Below are positions 28,261 through 37,307 of a stretch of 64,000 nucleotides of DNA, piece after piece. The stretch spans positions 192,259 through 256,258 of the forward strand of contig DASYHK010000003.1 in NCBI GenBank assembly GCA_035998685.1, given 5' to 3'. The DNA is from Devosiaceae bacterium (GTDB lineage Bacteria; Pseudomonadota; Alphaproteobacteria; Rhizobiales; Devosiaceae). The position numbers were made by a program, and so were the translations under genes. Within the stretch, counting starts at the first letter, position 1, and each line of letters starts with the position of its first letter. A model generated the notes under the pieces. The model saw only the letters and a program-made list of their open reading frames with translations, was not told the origin of the DNA and did no database searches.

Positions 28261-29010
28261 ATGTCGTCGTATTTGTACGTGATCGGTCGGCCCGTCGACG
28301 AGTCTCCCATTAGCGGAAGTGAGACTCGCTATTTTGGCGCCTTCCCGAGCCCCGAGCCCCGAGTATCCGCAGGGCCCAAGGGGCACTCTAAGTAGATATC
28401 GACTCGTACGACGAAACGCTCGCCAGCGGTTCTAGGAACAGCGACTACAGTGCGAACGTTCGAACCTTGATGATCCAAGGTCACCCCGAGGGTGTGATCG
28501 ACGGTATCGCGTTTGATCCGGTTCTCCAAGGTTCGGAAGCTAATGCAGCGATAAGTCGGGCTGAGTTATTGGCGCTCGGTATTCAAGATCAGATGTTTGA
28601 CTACTACAATTTTCCTGTGGAAACGCGGGTTCTACCAGAATAGTAACACGTTCGCCAGGACTATACTCGACAACGACGGCGCCACAGTAGATGGTGTCTT
28701 GGCGTGGCGGATGGCGCCCGGCTACGAAACTTAACTATTGCTGGACATAAGCGGCGGCGGGGGGTGGTGTTTTCCTGTAGGAACGAGTGTCGCACTGATC
28801 GACGGTACGGTTTGTGCAATAGAGGAGATAAGGCCGGGTAAGCACGTCGCCGCCTAGCTTTCATCTTCTGATCTCGGTCGTGGACCCCTCATTCAGGCAC
28901 GGGTGCTGCGGTGGTTTGAGAACATCACCACGAATGGATCGAGCTGTCGAGCACGGGAGGGGCGAGGGTCTGACCCGATGGTTGGCCGCGCGCACAACTT
29001 CGCGTTGTGA
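28261..29010 (+). pseudogene. decayed Hint (Hedgehog/intein-like) domain protein gene
   Basis: AAGGAG lies 7 nt before ATG 28261. Protein-like blocks switch frame at about 28392 and 28645. In-frame stops occur at 28732 (TAA) and 28855 (TAG). Hint signature: GGGGWCFPVGTSVALIDGTVCAIEEIRPGKHVAA*...GRGPLIQARVLRWFENITT, then EWIELSSTGG only after a frameshift. Confidence 0.55.
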
Positions 29011-29196
29011 AACCGGGTCACCTGAGGTCTTGCGGTGTGGGTCGGCTGCGAGGCAAGTCGCAGCGAAATCGCGCGCTGAACAATTTGCATGGCGCCCCGG
29101 GCCGCCTGTACGAAGGAAATCTCCGCGTTACCGATCGAGATCCGCGCCACAAGCGGATGATGCACCGCACGCGTTTTGCAGCCTGAGGATTATGCC

Positions 29197-29973
29197 TTGC
29201 CGAAATTTTCAGCCAATCTCTCCTTCCTCTATCCCGACAAGTCGTTTCTCGAGCGTTTCGCCGCCGCGGCGGCGGACGGGTTCCCGGCTGTCGAGTACGT
29301 CAGTCCCTATGAGCACGCCCCGGAAGCCGTCGCCGAGCAGCTCGAGCTGCATGGCTTGCAGCAGGCGCTGTTCAACCTGCCGGCAGGCGACTGGGCGGGG
29401 GGCGAACGGGGGATCGGCTGCCTGCCCGACCGGGTCGAGGAGTTCCAGCAGGGCGTCGACACGGCCATCCGCTATGCCAACGCGCTCCACTGCCCCAAGG
29501 TGAACTGCCTCGCCGGCATCGCCCCGGTGGGGGTGCCGAGCGAGCAGCTGGAAGCGACGCTGGTCGCGAACCTGCGCTATGCCGCCGCGCGGCTCGCCGA
29601 CGCCGGCATCAAGCTGGTGCTCGAGCCGATCAATCTCCGCGACATTCCCGGCTTCTTCGTGTCGCTCAGCGACCACGCGGAGCGCATTCTCGATGCCGCC
29701 GGCCACGACAACCTCTTCATCCAGTATGATTTCTACCACATGCAGATCATGCAGGGAGATCTGGTGCCGACCTTCGAGCGGCTCCGCGAACGCATCGGGC
29801 ACGTCCAGATCGCCGACACGCCCGGGCGCCACGAACCGGGTACCGGCGAGATCAATTACGGCTTCGTGCTCACCGAGCTTGACCGGCTCGGCTATGACGG
29901 CTTCGTCGGCTGCGAATACAAGCCCAAGAACGACACCAGCGCCGGCCTTGGCTGGATGCAGCCCTATCGATGA
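29197..29973 (+). CDS. hyi: hydroxypyruvate isomerase family protein
   Basis: ORF 29176..29973. The likely start is TTG 29197 (GAGGA 7 nt upstream), giving (M)PKFSANLSFLY... TIM-barrel isomerase with HVQIAD and EYKP motifs. Confidence 0.85.
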   Translation: MPKFSANLSFLYPDKSFLERFAAAAADGFPAVEYVSPYEHAPEAVAEQLELHGLQQALFNLPAGDWAGGERGIGCLPDRVEEFQQGVDTAIRYANALHCPKVNCLAGIAPVGVPSEQLEATLVANLRYAAARLADAGIKLVLEPINLRDIPGFFVSLSDHAERILDAAGHDNLFIQYDFYHMQIMQGDLVPTFERLRERIGHVQIADTPGRHEPGTGEINYGFVLTELDRLGYDGFVGCEYKPKNDTSAGLGWMQPYR

Positions 29974-29983
29974 GGAGAGCTTC

Positions 29984-30856
29984 ATGAATATCGGCTTTAT
30001 CGGCCTCGGCGTCATGGGGCGGCCCATGGCCGGCCACCTGATCGCCGGCGGGCATACTCTGCACCTGCACCGGGTAAAGGAGGTGTCGCAACACCTCGTG
30101 GAGCAGGGGGGCAAGGCGGTGGGATCGGCGCGAGCGGTGGCGGAGGCGGCCGAGGTGGTCATCCTAATGCTGCCCGACACGCCGGACGTCGAGGAGGTCC
30201 TGTTCGGCGCCGAGGGCGTGGCCGAAGGCTTGCGGCCCGGGACGCTCGTCATCGACATGAGCTCGATCTCGCCGGTGGCCACCAAGGACTTCGCCGAGCG
30301 CATTGAGGCGCTGGACGGCCACTACCTCGACGCCCCGGTCTCGGGCGGCGAGACGGGCGCCAGGAACGCTTCGCTCACCATCATGGTCGGCGGCCGCGAG
30401 GAGATCTTCCAGCGGGCGCTGCCGATCCTCGAGCTGATGGGCAAGACCATCACCCTGATCGGCGGCAGTGGTGACGGTCAGACGGCTAAGGTCGCCAACC
30501 AGATCGTCGTCGGCCTGACCATCGAGGCGGTGGCCGAGGCCCTGCTGTTCGCCAAAAAGGCCGGCGCCGACGTCGGCAAGGTCCGTGAGGCGCTGCTGGG
30601 AGGCATGGCGGCTTCGCGGATCCTCGAGGCGCACGGTCAGCGGATGATCGACCGCGCCTTCGAACCCGGCTTCCGGATCCGACTGCATCGCAAGGACCTG
30701 ACGCTCGCGGTGGATGGGGCGAAGGCGCTGAACCTCTCTCTTCCCAATGCGGCGGCAACGCAGCAGTTGATGAACGCTGCCATCGCCCGCGGCGACGGCG
30801 ACAGGGACCACTCGGGACTCTACCTCACCCTCGAGGCGCTGGCCGGCGAGAACTAG
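29984..30856 (+). CDS. glxR: 2-hydroxy-3-oxopropionate (tartronate semialdehyde) reductase-like NAD(P) dehydrogenase
   Basis: MNIGFIGLGVMGRPMAGHL Rossmann start after a GAGGAGAG RBS; 290 aa of the 3-hydroxyisobutyrate dehydrogenase family. The tracked ORF 29579.. is an upstream extension that overlaps hyi in another frame. Confidence 0.88.
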   Translation: MNIGFIGLGVMGRPMAGHLIAGGHTLHLHRVKEVSQHLVEQGGKAVGSARAVAEAAEVVILMLPDTPDVEEVLFGAEGVAEGLRPGTLVIDMSSISPVATKDFAERIEALDGHYLDAPVSGGETGARNASLTIMVGGREEIFQRALPILELMGKTITLIGGSGDGQTAKVANQIVVGLTIEAVAEALLFAKKAGADVGKVREALLGGMAASRILEAHGQRMIDRAFEPGFRIRLHRKDLTLAVDGAKALNLSLPNAAATQQLMNAAIARGDGDRDHSGLYLTLEALAGEN

Positions 30857-31032
30857 GCGCTGCCCGGTTTTTCGCTGTCGGTAGGGCACCGCAGGCAGGT
30901 TACGCCGACGAGGCAGGCAGCCCGGTGCGGTTTCCGGGGGAGCTTCGGCTTAACGCCGCGACGCGGGGACCAGTCGCGATACCGCATCGGAAAGTCTCTT
31001 GCGGAGCGGCAGGACTGATGGCAGGATCGGTC

Positions 31033-31050
31033 TCGGAAAAGCTTTTCCGA
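31033..31050. promoter_or_regulatory. candidate LacI-family operator (perfect 18-bp palindrome)
   Basis: TCGGAAAAGCTTTTCCGA equals its own reverse complement and lies 120 nt upstream of the SBP gene. A related half-palindrome GGAAGCGCTTTTC lies at 31112-31124. Confidence 0.4.
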
Positions 31051-31170
31051 AGAGCGTCCCTACGTCGCTCCGCCTGCCGCCGGCATCCGCGGATGCCTGG
31101 GACAGAAAGGGGGAAGCGCTTTTCTCAACCGCGACCGCGCCACCGCGCGACGCACCCGAGGGAGGATTAC

Positions 31171-32421
31171 ATGAACCACCGTCTTCGCCTGGCTGCCACG
31201 ACACTGCTGGCCGGCACCGTCGCCGCCACGCTCACTGCCGGCGCTTTTGCCCAGGATCTCACCATGTGGGTCCGCGAGAGCGCTGCCGATCCCGGCCAGC
31301 TGATGGTCGATCTCTGGAATCAGAACCACGACGCCAAGATCGAGTTGACCGCCATCCCCGACAACCAGCTCGTCACCAAGCTGGCGACCAGCGTCAGGGC
31401 AGGGGACGCGCCCGACCTGGTGTCTTTCGACCTCATCTACATGCCCGATTTCATGCGGGCCGGGGTGCTTGTCGATCTGACGGAGCAACTTGAGGCTAAC
31501 TCCGACTACGAGACCCACGTCGATGCCTACAAGGACATCGCGACCTATGAGGATCGCATCTACGGTGTGGGCTTCACCCCCGACGTGTCGATCCTCGTGT
31601 GGAACAAGGATCTGTTCCGCAAGGCCGGCCTCGATCCGGAGGACCCGCCCGAGACCATCTACGAGATTCACGAGATGGCGAAGCAGGTGGCTGCCATCGA
31701 TGAGAACACCTATGGCTTCTACTTCGCCGGCTCATGCCCCGGCTGCAACATCTTCGTCACCTCGCCCATGATGGTCGCCGGGGGCGCCGAGATGCTGCCA
31801 CGCGACGGCGACGACCCGGCACTGGAGGGCGAGGCCGTGTTCGAGGTGCTCGATCAGTATCGCCAGATGTGGGAGGAGGGCCTGGTTCCGCCCTCGGCCG
31901 AGACCGACACCGGGACCGATTTCGTATCCGGCTTCACCAACGGCAATGTCGGCATCGCCGGCTCGGGCGGCTTCCTGCTGTCGCTGATGGAACGTCAGTT
32001 CCCCGACATCGACTATGGCGTCACGCTGCTGCCCGGCTTGGAACCGGGCCAGGTCTCGGCCTTCGTCGGCGGCGACGTGGTGGCCCTGCCTGTCGGCGGC
32101 GACAACGAGCAGGCGGCACGTGAGTTCGTCGACTGGGTGCTGAGTGAGGAAGCACAGCTCGAGGGTCTGGCCAAGAACTCGATCCTGACCACCCGTACCG
32201 ACCTCGCGGACAACGAGTACTTCGAAGGCAACGAGAAGGTGCAGGCGACGGCCGAGGCGCTGGCGGTCGGCTACGTTCCCTGGGTCTTCCACTTTGCGAC
32301 GATGGTGAACTCGGACTCCAGCCCCTGGATCAACATGCTGCAGCGCGCCATCTTCGACGGCGACGTGCAGGGCGCCATCGAGGATGCCCGAGCCGAGATG
32401 CAGCAGATCGCCAGCCAATAG
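31171..32421 (+). CDS. ABC transporter extracellular solute-binding protein (carbohydrate type)
   Basis: GAGGGAGGA RBS, then MNHRLRLAATTLLAGTVAATLTAGAFAQ signal peptide. Family 1 SBP features. Confidence 0.9.
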   Translation: MNHRLRLAATTLLAGTVAATLTAGAFAQDLTMWVRESAADPGQLMVDLWNQNHDAKIELTAIPDNQLVTKLATSVRAGDAPDLVSFDLIYMPDFMRAGVLVDLTEQLEANSDYETHVDAYKDIATYEDRIYGVGFTPDVSILVWNKDLFRKAGLDPEDPPETIYEIHEMAKQVAAIDENTYGFYFAGSCPGCNIFVTSPMMVAGGAEMLPRDGDDPALEGEAVFEVLDQYRQMWEEGLVPPSAETDTGTDFVSGFTNGNVGIAGSGGFLLSLMERQFPDIDYGVTLLPGLEPGQVSAFVGGDVVALPVGGDNEQAAREFVDWVLSEEAQLEGLAKNSILTTRTDLADNEYFEGNEKVQATAEALAVGYVPWVFHFATMVNSDSSPWINMLQRAIFDGDVQGAIEDARAEMQQIASQ

Positions 32422-32501
32422 CGCGCGCGCTGCGTTTCTGGTCGCGCCGAGGGCGCGACCAGGCCACTTGAAAATGCCCGGCCAGGCTGGAGACGATCCC
32501 G

Positions 32502-33377
32502 ATGCTCGCCGTCAACAACAAGCTCGTGGGACTGGCCTTTCTGGCACCGGCCCTGCTTTTTGTGCTGGTATTCGTCTTTTATCCGCTGACGCAGCTGATC
32601 TATGTCTCTCTGACCAGCGAATCCCTCCTCGGGGGCGGGCAGTTCGTCGGTCTCGACAACTATGTCCTGGCGCTCACCGACCGGTCGTTCTGGCAGTCCT
32701 TCTGGTTCACCGCCCAGTATACGGTATTCATCACGCCCGTGCTCATCGGCCTCGGATTCCTGTTCGCCCTGCTGGTGACCGACAACCGACCGCTGGTGCA
32801 GTTCACGCGCGGCGTGATTTTCCTACCCGTGGTGATCGGCTTCGCGAGCTCCAGTCTGCTCTGGGTGTGGCTGTTCGACCAGCAGGTCGGACTGCTGAAC
32901 AAGCTGCTGGTCGATCTCGGTATTCTCGATGAACCGATGGTTTGGTTCAACCGCGCCCATACCGGCCTCACGGCTGTCATCATCTCGGTGGTCTGGAAAG
33001 TCGTCGGCTTTGGCATGATCATCATGGTGGCCGGCATGCAGGCGATCAACAAGGAGGTGATCGAGGCCTCCATGATCGACGGCGCGAGCTATTGGCAGCG
33101 CGTCCGCCGGATCATCCTGCCCCTGACCTCGCGGACCATCCTGCTGGTCACGCTGATCAGCGCCATCGGCTCCATGCTGGCCTTCGACCAGTTCTACCTG
33201 ATGACCGCCGGGGCGCCCCGTGGGCAAACCTTCACCTCGGTCTACTGGATCTATCAGAACTCGTTCGTCTACTTCAAACTCGGGTACGGCAGCGCCCTGT
33301 CGATCATCCTCATGGTCGTGGTCATGATCGGCGCAACCATCCAGATCGCGGTTCAGCGGCGGGGAGAGCGGACATGA
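32502..33377 (+). CDS. carbohydrate ABC transporter permease
   Basis: 291 aa, 6 TM, with an EAA-type loop (EASMIDGASYWQRVRRIILP). Confidence 0.9.
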   Translation: MLAVNNKLVGLAFLAPALLFVLVFVFYPLTQLIYVSLTSESLLGGGQFVGLDNYVLALTDRSFWQSFWFTAQYTVFITPVLIGLGFLFALLVTDNRPLVQFTRGVIFLPVVIGFASSSLLWVWLFDQQVGLLNKLLVDLGILDEPMVWFNRAHTGLTAVIISVVWKVVGFGMIIMVAGMQAINKEVIEASMIDGASYWQRVRRIILPLTSRTILLVTLISAIGSMLAFDQFYLMTAGAPRGQTFTSVYWIYQNSFVYFKLGYGSALSIILMVVVMIGATIQIAVQRRGERT

Positions 33378-34285
33378 GCGTTTCCGGCACTGCCACGCGG
33401 TTGCGGCCCCCCAGCCTGACGGCCGGCGGCGTCAGCGAAGCCAGGTCCGTCGGAAGCGGCCGGCGTACCCGCTATCTGGTGGGCGCTGTCTGCGTCTTCC
33501 TCATTACCTTGATGCTCCTGCCGCTCGTCATGTCACTGTTGGCGTCGCTCAAGACGCCCGCGGAAGCGAGCGCCATCCCGCCGGTCTACTTCCCGTCGCA
33601 GCTGAGCTTTGAGAACTACGCGACCGTCGCCAACTATCAGGCAGGGCTCTGGACCTATGTCTCCAACAGCCTGATCGTCGCCTTCCTCACCATCGCCTTC
33701 TGCCTCGCACTTGCGGTGCCCGCGGGGTATGCGCTGGCCCGCTTCGCCATCCCGTTCAAGGAGGTCTTCTTCCTGATGCTGCTGGCGAGCCTGATGATCC
33801 CCTATCAGGCGATGCTCACGCCGCTCTACCTGCTCTTCACCGAGCTCAAGCTTACCAACACCCATGTGGGGCTGGCCATCGTCCATACCATCCTGCAGCT
33901 GCCCTTCTCGGTCTACTTGATGCGCAACAGCTTCGAGAGCGTGCCGAAGGAGATCGAGGAGGCCGCGGTGGTGGACGGAGCCAATCCCATACAGACGCTA
34001 CAGCGCGTTTTCCTGCCGCTGGTTCTCCCCGGCATCGTGACGGTGGCGCTGTTCGCCTTCATCATGAGCTGGAATGAGTTCATCGGTGCTCTCGTCTTCA
34101 TGAGCCGCGAGACGAGTTTCACCGTGCCGGTGATGCTGACCGGCGTCTCGACGGGCCGCTTCCGGTCCATGGACTGGGGCGCGCTGCAGGCTGGCGTGAT
34201 CGTCTCGATCATCCCCTGTGTCGTGGTTTACCTGCTGTTGCAGCGCTACTACGTCTCCGGCCTGCTCAGCGGTGCCGTGAAATGA
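33374..34285 (+). CDS. carbohydrate ABC transporter permease
   Basis: ATGA overlap with the preceding stop. EAA loop EEAAVVDGANPIQTLQRVFLP. Confidence 0.9.
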   Translation: MSVSGTATRLRPPSLTAGGVSEARSVGSGRRTRYLVGAVCVFLITLMLLPLVMSLLASLKTPAEASAIPPVYFPSQLSFENYATVANYQAGLWTYVSNSLIVAFLTIAFCLALAVPAGYALARFAIPFKEVFFLMLLASLMIPYQAMLTPLYLLFTELKLTNTHVGLAIVHTILQLPFSVYLMRNSFESVPKEIEEAAVVDGANPIQTLQRVFLPLVLPGIVTVALFAFIMSWNEFIGALVFMSRETSFTVPVMLTGVSTGRFRSMDWGALQAGVIVSIIPCVVVYLLLQRYYVSGLLSGAVK

Positions 34286-34301
34286 GGGCGCGAACCCGCT
34301 G

Positions 34302-35390
34302 ATGGATAAGCCCCGCCCGACTCCTCCCGGCGAAGGGCCGTCGCGCGCCACCCGTCTGGCGCGCGGCGGCCCGACGATCCGCGACGTAGCCCAGGCGGCG
34401 GGCGTCAGCATCGGTACGGTATCCAAGGCGCTGAACAACTCTGGTACCCTCCGCAGCGAGACCCGCGACCGTGTCGCCGCCGTTGCCGCGGAACTCGGCT
34501 TTCGCCCGAACGACCTGGCCCAGGCGCTGCATCGCGGCCAGAGCTTCACCGTCGGGCTGATTTCCAACGACAGCTTCGGCCGCTTCACCATGCCAATCAT
34601 GGAAGGGCTGGAAAACGTGCTCTCAGCTGAGCGCATCGCCGTCTTCATGTGCAACGCCACCGACGACCCGGAACGGGAACGGCAGCATCTGGAGCAGTTG
34701 ATGGGAAAGCGCGTGGATGGGCTGGTGTTCACCGCCCGACGTGCCGACCGCCGGCCCAGCGTCAGCGTCAACCTTGGTGACCTGCCCACTGTCTACGTCT
34801 TCTCGCAGAGTGACGACCCCAACTCCTTCTGTCTGCTTCCCGACGACGAAGGCGGTGCGAGGCTGGCAACCGAACATCTCCTCGCCCACGGCCGCACCCG
34901 TATCGCGCACGTTACCGGTCCCGAGCGCTTCGAGGCGGTGCGGTTGCGGCACTATGGCTACCGCGGCGCGCTTGCCGATGCGGGGCAGCCGGAGGACCCG
35001 CGCCACTTCCTGTCCGGCGAATGGTCGGAGCGGTGGGGCCGGGAGGCGGTCCACCGGCTGTTCGGGGGCGATGGCGCACGGCCGGACGGCATCGTCGCCG
35101 GCAATGACCAGATCGGCAGGGGCGTGCTCGAGGCCCTTCGCGATCGCGGCATCGTCGTCCCCCGCGAGGTGGAAGTAGTCGGCTTCGATAACTGGGAAAT
35201 CATGGCCGAGGCCGCGCGACCAGCTCTGAGCAGCGTCGACATGAACCTTTACGCCCTCGGCCAGGAGGCCGGGCTTCGGATCATCCGCATGGTCCGCGGC
35301 GAGCGCTTTCGCGGCGTCGTGCGGCTGCCGTGCTCGCTGGTGGTACGTGACAGCAGTGGCGGTCAACAACTGGCCAACAGGCCAGCTTAG
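34302..35390 (+). CDS. LacI family transcriptional regulator
   Basis: PTIRDVAQAAGVSIGTVSKALNN HTH followed by a periplasmic-binding-fold sensor domain. Confidence 0.9.
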   Translation: MDKPRPTPPGEGPSRATRLARGGPTIRDVAQAAGVSIGTVSKALNNSGTLRSETRDRVAAVAAELGFRPNDLAQALHRGQSFTVGLISNDSFGRFTMPIMEGLENVLSAERIAVFMCNATDDPERERQHLEQLMGKRVDGLVFTARRADRRPSVSVNLGDLPTVYVFSQSDDPNSFCLLPDDEGGARLATEHLLAHGRTRIAHVTGPERFEAVRLRHYGYRGALADAGQPEDPRHFLSGEWSERWGREAVHRLFGGDGARPDGIVAGNDQIGRGVLEALRDRGIVVPREVEVVGFDNWEIMAEAARPALSSVDMNLYALGQEAGLRIIRMVRGERFRGVVRLPCSLVVRDSSGGQQLANRPA

Positions 35391-35400
35391 GAGAACCTCA

Positions 35401-37305
35401 ATGCGAAAATACGCCCCCGTGGAATTCACCAGGGTCTCCCTGACCGGGCCGTTCTGGCGCGAACGACTTGAAACCGTGCTGACACGCACCATTCCCAGCC
35501 AATACCGGCAGCTCGTTTCCCACAACATGATCGAGGCGCTGGACGTCCGCCAGCCGCCGCCGGAGCTGACCATCCCCCGCAATCGCGGCGGCTTCACCAC
35601 CCAGATCTTCTGGGACTCCGACATCGGCAAGTGGATCGAGGCGGCGAGCTACGCCCTCCGCCATCGCCGCGACGACACCATCGAGGCTCAGATCGATGAC
35701 ATCGTGGAGCGGCTGGCCGACGCGCAGCTCGACGACGGCTACCTCAACTGCTGGTATATCGGCCGCGAGATCGAGAACCGCTGGACCAACCTGCGCGACA
35801 ATCACGAGTTGTACAACGCCGGCCACCTGCTCGAAGGGGCGATCGCCTACTTCCAGGCCACCGGCCGCCGCAAGCTGCTTGATGTCATGGAACGCTACCT
35901 CGACCACATCCGCTCGGTCTTCGGCACCGGGGAGGGCCAGAAGCGCGGCTACCCCGGCCACCAGGAGATCGAGCTGGCATTGGTCAAGCTCTACCACCTG
36001 ACCGGCGAGAGAAAGCAGCTCGACCTCGCCGCCTACTTCATCGACGAGCGGGGTCGCCAGCCCCACTATTACGACGGGGAAGCGCGGGCTCGCGGTGACG
36101 ACCCAAGAGCCTACGGGCAGGGCACCTACGAGTACAACCAGTCGCACAAGCCGGTGCGGGAGCAGGATAAGGTCGTCGGCCACGCGGTGCGCGCCATGTA
36201 TATGTACGCCGCCATGGCCGACCTGGCCGCCGAACTCGGCGACGAACGGCTGCAGCGGGCCTGCGAGGTGCTGTGGAACGATGTCACCTCGACTCGCATG
36301 TACGTTACCGGCGGGTTCGGCCCTTCGGCCTCCAATGAGGGCTTCACCACCGACTACGATCTTCCCAACGACACCGCCTATGCCGAGACCTGCGCTTCGG
36401 TAGCGATGATCTTCTGGGCCCAGCGCATGCTCAACCTCGATCTCGACGGCCGCTACGCCGACATCCTGGAGCTGGCACTGTTCAACGGCACGCTCTCCGG
36501 CCTGTCACGCGACGGCGAGCGCTACTTCTACGAGAACAAGCTGGAAAGCGACGGCAGCCACCGCCGGTGGGAATGGCACCCGTGCCCCTGCTGCACCATG
36601 AACGCGTCGCGGCTGATCGCGTCGGTCGGCGGTTACTTCTACTCGACGGGCAACCGCACGGTCGCCGTGCACCTCTATGGCGGCAACTCGGCTATGCTCG
36701 ACATGAATGGCCGCCGCGTCGACATCCAGGAAACCAGCAACTATCCGTGGTCGGGCGACATAGAGCTTGCCATGAACCCGGAAGGGCACGGCGAGTTCAC
36801 GCTGCTGCTGCGCGTCCCAGGCTGGGTCCGTGACGCCAAGGCGTCCGTCAACGGCGAGCCCGTCGACGTGGCGGCGAATCTGAAGAGCGGCTACCTCGCC
36901 ATTGTCCGTGACTGGCAGCCGGGCGACGTGGTGGCGCTGCAGCTGCCGATGTCGGCGGAACGGCTCTACGCCGATCCGCGGGTTCGCGCCGACCTGGGCC
37001 GCGCAACGCTGCGCCGCGGCCCACTGGTCTATTGCTTTGAGCAGGTCGATAATCCCGGCGGGCCGGTACCCCAACTGGCTCTGCCACGCGACGCAGCGAT
37101 CACTGCCACTGAACGTCGGGAACTCTTCGGCGGCATCGTCGCACTGGAAGCCGAAGGCTATGCGACGACCACCGAGGGGTGGAACGGACGACTCTATCGC
37201 CGTGATCCGCCGAAACTGCGGTCTGCACATCTCAGCGCCATCCCGTACTTCCTCTGGGCCAATCGCGAGCCGGGACCGATGACCGTCTGGATAAGGGAGC
37301 TCTGA
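35401..37305 (+). CDS. glycoside hydrolase family 127 (beta-L-arabinofuranosidase-like, DUF1680)
   Basis: AGGAG RBS before ATG 35401; 634 aa. Motifs FWDSDIGKWIEAASYAL, HELYNAGHLLEGA, GHQEIELALVKLY and WHPCPCCTMN (Cys cluster). Confidence 0.85.
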   Translation: MRKYAPVEFTRVSLTGPFWRERLETVLTRTIPSQYRQLVSHNMIEALDVRQPPPELTIPRNRGGFTTQIFWDSDIGKWIEAASYALRHRRDDTIEAQIDDIVERLADAQLDDGYLNCWYIGREIENRWTNLRDNHELYNAGHLLEGAIAYFQATGRRKLLDVMERYLDHIRSVFGTGEGQKRGYPGHQEIELALVKLYHLTGERKQLDLAAYFIDERGRQPHYYDGEARARGDDPRAYGQGTYEYNQSHKPVREQDKVVGHAVRAMYMYAAMADLAAELGDERLQRACEVLWNDVTSTRMYVTGGFGPSASNEGFTTDYDLPNDTAYAETCASVAMIFWAQRMLNLDLDGRYADILELALFNGTLSGLSRDGERYFYENKLESDGSHRRWEWHPCPCCTMNASRLIASVGGYFYSTGNRTVAVHLYGGNSAMLDMNGRRVDIQETSNYPWSGDIELAMNPEGHGEFTLLLRVPGWVRDAKASVNGEPVDVAANLKSGYLAIVRDWQPGDVVALQLPMSAERLYADPRVRADLGRATLRRGPLVYCFEQVDNPGGPVPQLALPRDAAITATERRELFGGIVALEAEGYATTTEGWNGRLYRRDPPKLRSAHLSAIPYFLWANREPGPMTVWIREL

Positions 37306-37307
37306 CG

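Larger units (their letters stand above)
19726..29170. mobile_element. degenerate genomic island abutting the tRNA-Thr 3' end (no integrase or attR found)
   Basis: Composition changes abruptly right after the tRNA. AT-rich blocks occur at 22.6-22.9 kb and 23.5-24.0 kb. Contents are unknown exported/membrane genes, pseudogenes and a duplicated fragment. High-G+C core-type genes resume at hyi (29197). Confidence 0.6.

Noticed and set aside
19726-29170. A search by eye for an integrase or transposase gene and for a direct repeat of the tRNA-Thr 3' end (..GGTTCGAATCCTGCTGCCGGCACCA) marking attR.
   Set aside because: I found no recombinase-like ORF. No copy of even the TTCGAATCC core occurs in the island; the only other occurrence is inside tRNA-Tyr. 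The island is therefore called degenerate and its right boundary is approximate.
28880-29503. A 207-aa forward ORF bridging the Hint pseudogene and hyi.
   Set aside because: It reads hyi out of frame (Ser/Arg/Pro-rich) and merges with a pseudogene frame. It is an artefact.
29579-29983. An upstream extension that makes glxR a 425-aa ORF.
   Set aside because: The extension is an alternative frame of hyi. A strong GAGGAGAG SD and the Rossmann start MNIGFIGLGVMG define the real start at 29984.
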